Assembly: GCA_021735655.1 (NCBI GenBank)
Contig: JAIPGM010000009.1
Location: 1 to 64,000 of the forward strand
DNA: 64,000 nucleotides
Direction: 5' to 3'
DNA from: Candidatus Omnitrophota bacterium
Lineage (GTDB): Bacteria > Omnitrophota > Gorgyraeia > Duberdicusellales > 4484-171
Shown here: positions 9,514 to 16,187 of the stretch, piece by piece
How positions within the stretch are numbered: position 1 is the stretch's first letter
Layout: the number at the start of each line of letters is the position of its first letter
Notes under the pieces: generated by a model
Told to the model about the DNA's origin: nothing
Seen by the model: only the letters and a program-made list of their open reading frames with translations
Database searches by the model: none
Program-made: the position numbers and the translations under genes

Positions 9514-9897
9514 TTATAAAGATTCTAGCATTACACAGAGTCCATAAATTACATCAATGTTATTGTCACGACAAAATTTTATCGCAGTTTCATTTTCAGC
9601 TCCCGGTTGAAGCCAAACTCTTCTTATAGATTTTTCCCGACATTCCTTTACTATCGCCTCGGTAACCGAAGGAGGGGTAACCAGATTAGCAACATCAATA
9701 TTAAAAGGAATATCGCTTATACTTTTATAACCTTTTACTCCGTCGACATCATTTAAACGGGGGTTAACCGGATATGCCTCATACCCCCTTTTTATCAAAG
9801 TCCTCAAAATTTTATACGCGTATTTAGTTTCATTTCTGAACGAGCCCACGACCGCAAATTTCTTCTGCCTTAAAAAATCCTTAACTAAGTTTTCCAT
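9514..9897 (-). CDS. CoA-binding domain protein (YccU/YneT-like)
   Basis: It has the KKFAVVGSFRNETKYAYKI pattern. The start was taken at MENLVKDF. Confidence 0.7.
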   Translation of the reverse strand: MENLVKDFLRQKKFAVVGSFRNETKYAYKILRTLIKRGYEAYPVNPRLNDVDGVKGYKSISDIPFNIDVANLVTPPSVTEAIVKECREKSIRRVWLQPGAENETAIKFCRDNNIDVIYGLCVMLESL

Positions 9898-10738
9898 CTT
9901 TAATCTTATTAAAAAGCTGCTCAAAATCTTTTCTGTATTCGGGAAAGGCTTTTACAATCGGCTCACCTTTTGAATAGGTAATTGCTATCTCCTTTTTAAA
10001 AGGTATCCGCATAAGAATAGGAACATTCTCCTTTTGGCAATACTCATCTGTTTTATTGTCCCCCAAATCCGAGCGGTTAATCACGACCCCAAAAGACACT
10101 TTCAGCTTTCGTAAAACTTCTACAGCCAGCATTAAATCGTTCAACCCAAACGGCGTTGGCTCAGTAACCAACAGGCAAAAATCACTTCTCTTTATAGTCT
10201 CAACCACCGGGCATGATGTACCAGGAGGAGCATCAATAATAACCGTACCTGTTGGATCAATATACTTCTTGATTTGCCTTATGACCGGCGGCACCATTGC
10301 CTCTCCGATATTTAGACGTCCATGTATAAACTGCATAGAACCAACCTCACCAATCTCGATTTCACCAATCTCTTTATTAACTTCCTTTATCGCCGCTTGG
10401 GGACAAAAGTAAGTACAGCTTCCGCAGCCATGGCAAAGGTTCGAAAAGACTAAAATGTTTCCCTTCCTCTCCTTGGATTCGGCTATCACCGCGATAGCAT
10501 TATAAGCGCATACCTGACGACACTTGCCGCAATAATTACACTTTGCTTGGTCAATTTCCGGAACCGGGATAAAAACTTTTTGGATACTGCTTATGGTCGG
10601 CTTCAAAAAAATATGTGCGTTGGGCTCTTCAGCGTCACAATCTAAAAACTGCACCCTCTCCTTTATAGAAAGTGCCAAATTGACCGCTATTGTAGTTTTT
10701 CCTGTCCCGCCTTTTCCGCTGGCAATTGATATAATCAT
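9881..10738 (-). CDS. MinD/ParA-family P-loop ATPase with an inserted 4Fe-4S ferredoxin domain (paralog of 7289..8140)
   Basis: It has SGKGGTGKT plus CNYCGKCRQVC and CHGCGSCTYFCP motifs. The start ATG was verified at 10738. Confidence 0.8.
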   Translation of the reverse strand: MIISIASGKGGTGKTTIAVNLALSIKERVQFLDCDAEEPNAHIFLKPTISSIQKVFIPVPEIDQAKCNYCGKCRQVCAYNAIAVIAESKERKGNILVFSNLCHGCGSCTYFCPQAAIKEVNKEIGEIEIGEVGSMQFIHGRLNIGEAMVPPVIRQIKKYIDPTGTVIIDAPPGTSCPVVETIKRSDFCLLVTEPTPFGLNDLMLAVEVLRKLKVSFGVVINRSDLGDNKTDEYCQKENVPILMRIPFKKEIAITYSKGEPIVKAFPEYRKDFEQLFNKIKDGKLS

Positions 10739-10742
10739 AAAT

Positions 10743-11354
10743 TTACATAAGTGAGTGGCAAGCTGTCACTATTTCCTGAAACTTACTGGAATACGTTTCT
10801 ATGCTAAAATCTTTTCTCTGTAAATATTTACCTATATCGTTTAAGTTTACCGAGCCTGCCTTATGAGTTCTCCCTTCGCTCTCATGAATCTTACCGATTA
10901 GTTTTAACCCCTCTTCGTTAAAATCACTCAAGATAAATTTACCTTCAAAACTAGTTACTCTGATAAGTTCATCCATTACTTTATAAGGATTTTCGAAATG
11001 ATGAATAGCGTTGATTACAAATACTGTATCAAAACTTGCATCTTTAAAGCTAAATTGTTCGGCATTTTCTATTTGAAAATTTACCAATTTTGCAAAACCA
11101 AAATATTTTATATTCCGTCTAGCATAATCTTGTTCTTGATACGAAACGTCAACACTAGTAAAATTATACCCTGCCTTAGCTAACTCAACAGTAAAATAAC
11201 CTTTTCCAGTCCCCACTTCTAGAATATCTCCATCGAAAGGGCATGATTTCTCTAAAATAAATTTACGCTCTTTTTCAATATCGTAACCAAAGCTTTTATA
11301 AAAATTTACCCTTTCTAAATATCGAGTATAATAATCTGATGTTTTATTTTCCAA
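10743..11354 (-). CDS. Class I SAM-dependent methyltransferase
   Basis: It has the ILEVGTGKGYF motif I. The start is TTG, verified at 11354, with SD AAGGGAGT. Confidence 0.75.
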   Translation of the reverse strand: MENKTSDYYTRYLERVNFYKSFGYDIEKERKFILEKSCPFDGDILEVGTGKGYFTVELAKAGYNFTSVDVSYQEQDYARRNIKYFGFAKLVNFQIENAEQFSFKDASFDTVFVINAIHHFENPYKVMDELIRVTSFEGKFILSDFNEEGLKLIGKIHESEGRTHKAGSVNLNDIGKYLQRKDFSIETYSSKFQEIVTACHSLM

Positions 11355-11357
11355 AAA

Positions 11358-11576
11358 CTACTCCCTTAACATTCGAGTCGCACATTTAGGACAATTTAAT
11401 GAATTACACGGAACGCTTGCCTGATGAGATAATTTCGCCCCACAGCTTGGACAAATACAATTTCCACTTGGGCCAGCACCAGGACTATTGCCACCATTGC
11501 GCCCCCTACCGCGCCCCATTCCTCTACCTGTCCCTGAACCTTGACCGAAAGGACCTGTCCCATCTCCTCTTGGCAT
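11358..11576 (-). CDS. Small Gly/Arg-rich protein with an MPRGDGTGP N-terminus and a C-terminal C4 zinc ribbon (DUF5320-like)
   Basis: It shares the MP(R/G)xDGTGP..G.G..TG N-terminus with ORF 12693..13043. It has CICPSCG...CPKC motifs. Upstream is a strong SD, AAGGAGGT. Confidence 0.55.
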   Translation of the reverse strand: MPRGDGTGPFGQGSGTGRGMGRGRGRNGGNSPGAGPSGNCICPSCGAKLSHQASVPCNSLNCPKCATRMLRE

Positions 11577-11657
11577 TTTATACCTCCTTAATTTTCGAAA
11601 TTTACTAAATTGATAAATTAACTCCTAAAATTCTTAAGGAAGGATCTTAATCTAACT

Positions 11658-11825
11658 TTATAACGAAATCGCTTCAACCGGGCATTGGCTTAAACAAGCT
11701 CCGCAATCTACACATTCTTGACTAATAACTGCTTTACCCTCTTCAATCTTAATCGCCTGTACTGGACACACATCAACACAAGCGCTACAACCAGTACATT
11801 TATTATTATCTACTTTAGCCGCCAT
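11658..11825 (-). CDS. 2x[4Fe-4S] ferredoxin
   Basis: It has two motifs: CTGCSACVDVCP and CVDCGACLSQCP. The start was moved to MAAKVD, preceded by a strong SD, AAGGAGGGGG. Confidence 0.8.
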   Translation of the reverse strand: MAAKVDNNKCTGCSACVDVCPVQAIKIEEGKAVISQECVDCGACLSQCPVEAISL

Positions 11826-11838
11826 GCCCCCTCCTTTA

Positions 11839-12204
11839 TCATTTATTACCAAAATGTGAATCTACACTTGGACCTTGGGTTAGTTTAAATTCCCCCCTTT
11901 TATACTTCGCTATCACTTCTTTAATTGTTCCCGATACACCAGCAATCACATCAAGGCCTGCTGCCTGTAAGGTCTGAAAAGCATTTGGTCCAACATTGCC
12001 GGTTAAAATTACTTTTACCTGCTTTTCGGCTGCAAGCTGACCCGATTGAATTCCAGCCCCACCCATACTATCTATATTAGGATTCTTAACTGACTCAAAA
12101 TCCTCTGATTCGGTATCAGCAATAATAAAATACTGACAACGACCAAAGCGAGGATCAACCGTCGAATCTAGGCTATCCCCTTGTGACGTAATACAAATCT
12201 TCAT
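11839..12204 (-). CDS. Dinitrogenase FeMo-cofactor biosynthesis-domain protein (NifX/NifB-C-terminal-like)
   Basis: It has MKICITSQGDSLDSTVDPRFGRCQYFII, the canonical start of this domain family. Upstream is SD AGGAGGT. Confidence 0.75.
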   Translation of the reverse strand: MKICITSQGDSLDSTVDPRFGRCQYFIIADTESEDFESVKNPNIDSMGGAGIQSGQLAAEKQVKVILTGNVGPNAFQTLQAAGLDVIAGVSGTIKEVIAKYKRGEFKLTQGPSVDSHFGNK

Positions 12205-12215
12205 AAATTTACCTC

Positions 12216-12617
12216 CTATTCATGCTCACAGTTATCTTCATCAGGATGATCACAAGCTGTCTTTTCTACGCCATATCCTTTTCCGGCCCCAGGCTGGCAA
12301 AGGCTTTCCCCTCCTTTAAGTGTTCCGGCCGTAGCTTGCTTAACTATTTCATCTACTTTTCCGCTAATCCCCATTATTGTTTTTATTCCACTTTCATCAA
12401 ATAACATTTGAGCCCTTTGCCCCATGCCACCAGCGACAATGGCGTTCACTCCTTTCTCCTTTAAAAACTGAGGTAAAAACCCCGGGTGATGCCCTGGGTT
12501 ATCAACCACCTGTTTCCTTATTAGTTTATCACCCTCAAGCTCTACAATAGTAAAGGAAGGACACCGGCCAAAATGAGCTGATACTAAATCACCATCTGTT
12601 GAAATTGCTACTTTCAA
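12216..12617 (-). CDS. Dinitrogenase FeMo-cofactor biosynthesis-domain protein (NifX/NifB-like), with an Asp/Cys/His-rich tail
   Basis: It has MKVAISTDGDLVSAHFGRCPSFTIV. The start is TTG, verified, with SD AGGGGGT. Confidence 0.75.
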   Translation of the reverse strand: MKVAISTDGDLVSAHFGRCPSFTIVELEGDKLIRKQVVDNPGHHPGFLPQFLKEKGVNAIVAGGMGQRAQMLFDESGIKTIMGISGKVDEIVKQATAGTLKGGESLCQPGAGKGYGVEKTACDHPDEDNCEHE

Positions 12618-12692
12618 AATTACCCCCTTATTAAAAATTTACCAAACAAGTAAGAATAAAGATATTTCCTTACCCCTACCTATCTCTTTACA

Positions 12693-13043
12693 CTATTTAT
12701 TACCTTCAAGTCCAGCATTAGATTCTAATTCCTTAATGCGCTGATTCATAGCTTCAATCTCATCCTGCATCAGCTTCGCTTCGGCTTTTAACTCAACTGC
12801 CTCCTGCTGTGGTGTAAGCCCGGGAACATACGGTAATCCAAAATAAGGATTTCCGTAAGCGTAACCGCCGGCTCTTCGCCATCCAAAGCCTCTTCCAAGA
12901 CCCCTTCCTAATCCACGACCTCTGCCAAAAAATCCACCTCTGACCGGACGCTGCGCACTTCCTGCCGGCAATGCACAATAGCCTCTTGCCCCACCGGTCA
13001 TCGAGCCTAACCCTTGAGGACCTGTTCCATCGAAACCTGGCAT
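12693..13043 (-). CDS. DUF5320-like protein: MPGFDGTGP N-terminus, Gly/Arg-rich middle, C-terminal coiled coil
   Basis: It has the shared N-terminal motif and SD GGAGGT. A Fur box lies immediately upstream. Confidence 0.6.
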   Translation of the reverse strand: MPGFDGTGPQGLGSMTGGARGYCALPAGSAQRPVRGGFFGRGRGLGRGLGRGFGWRRAGGYAYGNPYFGLPYVPGLTPQQEAVELKAEAKLMQDEIEAMNQRIKELESNAGLEGNK

Positions 13044-13063
13044 TTAAATCACCTCCATTTTTT

Positions 13064-13082
13064 GTTAATGATAATCATTTTC
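13064..13082 (-). promoter_or_regulatory. Fur box: 17 of 19 matches to GATAATGATAATCATTATC
   Basis: The plus strand reads GTTAATGATAATCATTTTC. It lies 20-40 nt upstream of the start of 12693..13043 and directly downstream of the fur stop. Confidence 0.6.
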
Positions 13083-13101
13083 ATTAATATTTTAAAAAAA
13101 A

Positions 13102-13584
13102 TTACTCCTCCTTTTTACCTTTACATTTATCACATAACCCATAAAATTGGATAACGTGATCGTCGATTTTAAAGTTATATTTTTTAGACAATCCTTTTTC
13201 TGTCTTCTGTAATAGTTCAATTTCATCTTTAATAAAATCAGTATAGTCAATAACCCTTCCACAATTCCTACATACTAAATGATGATGATGATGCCGTTGG
13301 CCTTTGGGGCCCTGGTTTAACTCATAGCGTGCTCTTCTATCTCCAAAATCTGATCTAATTACCAAGCCCATTTGAACAAGCAATTCAAGCGTACGATACA
13401 CAGTAGTTAAGCCAACATTGGGATAATCCTTATGAACCTTTATATATACATCCTCAGCACTAACATGTACAGAGGTTGCACCTAAAACGTCCAAAATTGC
13501 CCTTCTCGGAACAGTAAACCTATAACCACATCCTTTGAATTTGCCTTGCCACCAGCTAGGCCCTCTTTTGCATCTACCTTGCAC
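13102..13584 (-). CDS. fur: Fur-family metalloregulator (Fur/Zur/PerR)
   Basis: It has a winged-helix N-terminus (FTVPRRAILDVL), HHHHH...CRNCGRV and a C-terminal CDKC. The start is GTG with SD AAGGAGGA. Confidence 0.85.
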   Translation of the reverse strand: MQGRCKRGPSWWQGKFKGCGYRFTVPRRAILDVLGATSVHVSAEDVYIKVHKDYPNVGLTTVYRTLELLVQMGLVIRSDFGDRRARYELNQGPKGQRHHHHHLVCRNCGRVIDYTDFIKDEIELLQKTEKGLSKKYNFKIDDHVIQFYGLCDKCKGKKEE

Positions 13585-13598
13585 TACTCCTCCTTATT

Positions 13599-13646
13599 GA
13601 TAATGGTTTCCATTTCTAATATAACATTCATCTCAAAGCTTGTCAA
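13599..13646 (-). promoter_or_regulatory. Sigma-70-type promoter of fur (TTGACA-17-TATATT), followed by an AATGGAAACCATT palindrome (Fur-box-like auto-operator)
   Basis: The -35 is at 13641-13646 and the -10 at 13618-13623, with a 17-nt spacer. The palindrome at 13602-13614 lies between the -10 and the RBS. Confidence 0.55.
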
Positions 13647-13889
13647 GGTGGTTTTTCAAAAAAATACTGTCTCAGGAAATCTAAATATACAAGAATAGTA
13701 AACTTTAGGGAAAGGTTTAGTAAAATAGCGGCTTGAAACCGCCCAAAGCGGCGAAGCCCAAGAACAAGGACAACTTTCGAGTGCCTGCCGGCAGCCAGGG
13801 ATCGGATATTCTTAAGCACCTAAGTTTGGAAAAAGATTCGGCTCTTGCCCCGAGATCAACTTCTGATTATCCGAAACATAAAATGCAAA

Positions 13890-14030
13890 CTATTGCATTT
13901 GTTTTACAGATGCAATAAGGGCTAAAACACCTTTGCCAATTAGCCATGCAATAGCGATAACTATAACCGCAATGATAAATGGTTTTAGAGATCCGGTGCT
14001 TGGTTGCAATGAATCTTTCTTGTCTGCCAT
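13890..14030 (-). CDS. Unlisted small ORF, 46 aa, hydrophobic: MADKKDSLQPSTGSLKPFIIAVIVIAIAWLIGKGVLALIASVKQMQ
   Basis: It has a strong SD (GGGGGT) about 6 nt before the ATG and a single predicted TM helix. It lies 21 nt downstream of the preceding gene. Confidence 0.4.
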   Translation of the reverse strand: MADKKDSLQPSTGSLKPFIIAVIVIAIAWLIGKGVLALIASVKQMQ

Positions 14031-14051
14031 GTCTTTACCCCCTTCACTTTA

Positions 14052-14981
14052 TTACAGCTTATCGACTATCTGATACAAAACCCCTCCGGCAATATCAGGC
14101 TTTGGAAAAACATATTTGCGCGCGGAAATTGTTATCTCAGTCTTGTTATCCGACTCCCTCCTGAGTTGAATCGCCACCATCGCACCCTGTATATTCGCTT
14201 TAATGGCTCCGTTTGCCGCATCCTCTTTGGTTAATTTTCCAATCCGTTTTACTACCTCAAGGCTTACTTCATACACATGTTGAAAGCTGGCATCCGTGGT
14301 TTGCTGCACACTATCCTTACCTAAAAATGTTGCCGCGATACCAACCGGCAAGGCCGCCACTCCAGACAACATAACAAGGCCGTATATCTTAGCGGCTTTT
14401 ATCCCCGCAGCCTTTACCGGTTCCACAAGGATCAAGACAGCCAGTTGTTGCGCACTAGTAATACCTTTATAGCTTTTATGAATATTAACGTCCTGCACTC
14501 GCACAGCCGGCTCCGTGCCTACTGAATAATCTTTATAAACTATTTTTCCAATGCCTAGAGTCAAGAGATCGATTCGCATCGGCATAGGCTTAGACGGCTT
14601 TGGCGCCTGCACCACCTTTAACGAATCTACATTGAGCTCTCCTTCTTTGTTCTTCATGAGCCCCATCTCATCTAACTCAACCTCCACAAGTACCAAGTGT
14701 AATTTTTGTTTAAAAAGGGCAGCGCGGTCATAGATAACGTTTATTTTCGAGCAAGAGACAAGTATGCCCTTAGGAAACCCACTTGGATTGTATATTTTGA
14801 GCCCGGATATACGTATAGATGATTTTAAAATACTAAATGAAAAACCATCCATATGGACCGGCACTCCGGTAATGCGAGAGGCGGCAGTTGTCACCACAGA
14901 TTTAATTATCGGATTTTTAAAAACTATGATAGATACTAAAAGAACTACTATTACTCCTAGCACTATAAGAAATTTCTTCAT
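14052..14981 (-). CDS. Membrane-anchored hypothetical protein (N-terminal TM, AsmA/DUF748-like?)
   Basis: It has N-terminal hydrophobic helix KKFLIVLGVIVVLLVSIIV and a preferred ATG start at 14981 with SD GGGGGG. Confidence 0.55.
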   Translation of the reverse strand: MKKFLIVLGVIVVLLVSIIVFKNPIIKSVVTTAASRITGVPVHMDGFSFSILKSSIRISGLKIYNPSGFPKGILVSCSKINVIYDRAALFKQKLHLVLVEVELDEMGLMKNKEGELNVDSLKVVQAPKPSKPMPMRIDLLTLGIGKIVYKDYSVGTEPAVRVQDVNIHKSYKGITSAQQLAVLILVEPVKAAGIKAAKIYGLVMLSGVAALPVGIAATFLGKDSVQQTTDASFQHVYEVSLEVVKRIGKLTKEDAANGAIKANIQGAMVAIQLRRESDNKTEITISARKYVFPKPDIAGGVLYQIVDKL

Positions 14982-15156
14982 AAGCACCCCCCTATCCCGC
15001 TGATTCTATTTTCAATAGAGTCTTTCTTACTTTCGAGCTAAACCAAAAGCCCCGCCTATGCCGGCGACAAATCCGCCAATCAAAAGCCAGAGCGCCCTGT
15101 CTGTAGACGTGTCCGCGAAAAAGCGCGCTACATCGGCACTAGCCGAGAGATAGACT

Positions 15157-15618
15157 TTATTTCATGCTTAAAACAATATGATTATTTTTTATTTCTGGCA
15201 AAATCTCGGCAAAACGCATCATCATCTCATCAGTAGACTTTAATCTAGAAACTTTCACCTTATTTTGGTTTAGCTTAACCATACAACCGGTTTCTTCTTC
15301 AATGATCTTCTCAATAGCTGCATAAGTGTAATATTTGGGATCAAATTGTACCTGTTTTAAATTTTTTATATCCAAAGAACTTCTATGAGTTCCAGGAAGG
15401 TAAATTGTTCCATTGTTGAAATCAACCGCGTAAGCAATGACACCAGGAATTATAAAAAGCAATAAGCAAAGCCCATCCATAACTGCAACTCCCGCATCAA
15501 TCCTCCCAGCCTTCTGTCCTTTGCGTTCAGGATACATAATAGTCCCACATCCTGACAACTGAACAATTAAAATAGCGTAAAACAAAACATGTAACATTTT
15601 TGATAACTTCTTAACCAT
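15157..15618 (-). CDS. Lipoprotein or small membrane protein, hypothetical
   Basis: It has a signal and lipobox-like LSGCG. Confidence 0.5.
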   Translation of the reverse strand: MVKKLSKMLHVLFYAILIVQLSGCGTIMYPERKGQKAGRIDAGVAVMDGLCLLLFIIPGVIAYAVDFNNGTIYLPGTHRSSLDIKNLKQVQFDPKYYTYAAIEKIIEEETGCMVKLNQNKVKVSRLKSTDEMMMRFAEILPEIKNNHIVLSMK

Positions 15619-15669
15619 AAATCCTCCTTTACTTTTTTAACTCAACCCTGCTTTTCCTCAATAATCATT

Positions 15670-15936
15670 TTATGCATGCCTTACAACAAGACGTGTCAAG
15701 CCAACTAAGATCACAGCGCCACCAAGTGCCACTAAAAAGGCACCAATTGAACTACTACCGGTAGATAACCCGATTTCTCTGGCTATCCATCCGCCAAGCA
15801 TAGCCCCAAAAATCCCAATCACAATATCTCCGATAATTCCAAAACCCCGACCGCTGACAATCAACCCTGCCAACCATCCAATCGCTCCACCGATAACGAG
15901 AAACCATACCCACTGTCCTATTGTGTTATGCTCCAT
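15670..15936 (-). CDS. GlsB/YeaQ/YmgE-family transglycosylase-associated membrane protein
   Basis: It has three Gly-zipper TM helices and the family-typical GxxxG repeats. Upstream is SD AGGAGGT. Confidence 0.75.
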   Translation of the reverse strand: MEHNTIGQWVWFLVIGGAIGWLAGLIVSGRGFGIIGDIVIGIFGAMLGGWIAREIGLSTGSSSIGAFLVALGGAVILVGLTRLVVRHA

Positions 15937-16187
15937 ACCTCTTACCTCCTTTTTTTACGGTCTATTGAAAAAGGCCGCATTGTCGTCAATAAACTACAAG
16001 TCACATCCACGGATTTTTTAAACGAACGAAATTCCTTTTCTCTTTTTTATATCACACCTATTCCGTGGAGCTTTCTCACCCCCTAATAATTCCTTTAAAA
16101 AATTCTTAAGGAAATCAGTTGTCGGTGACAGCAAACATTCAATGCGTTCGTTTTAAAATAGAGTCGCATAATTCGAATAATTTTTCT

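Noticed and set aside
13733-13918. Plus-strand 61-aa Lys/Pro-rich ORF in the fur upstream gap
   Set aside because: It has a TTG start without an SD. It lies on the opposite strand in a GC-rich patch that also carries the minus-strand small ORF and promoter. It is more likely non-coding.
15937-16187. MITE-like or mobile element defined by the TTTAAACGAACG inverted repeats
   Set aside because: The arms are only 11-12 bp. There is no target-site duplication and there are no other copies in the window. It is kept as a low-interest observation only.
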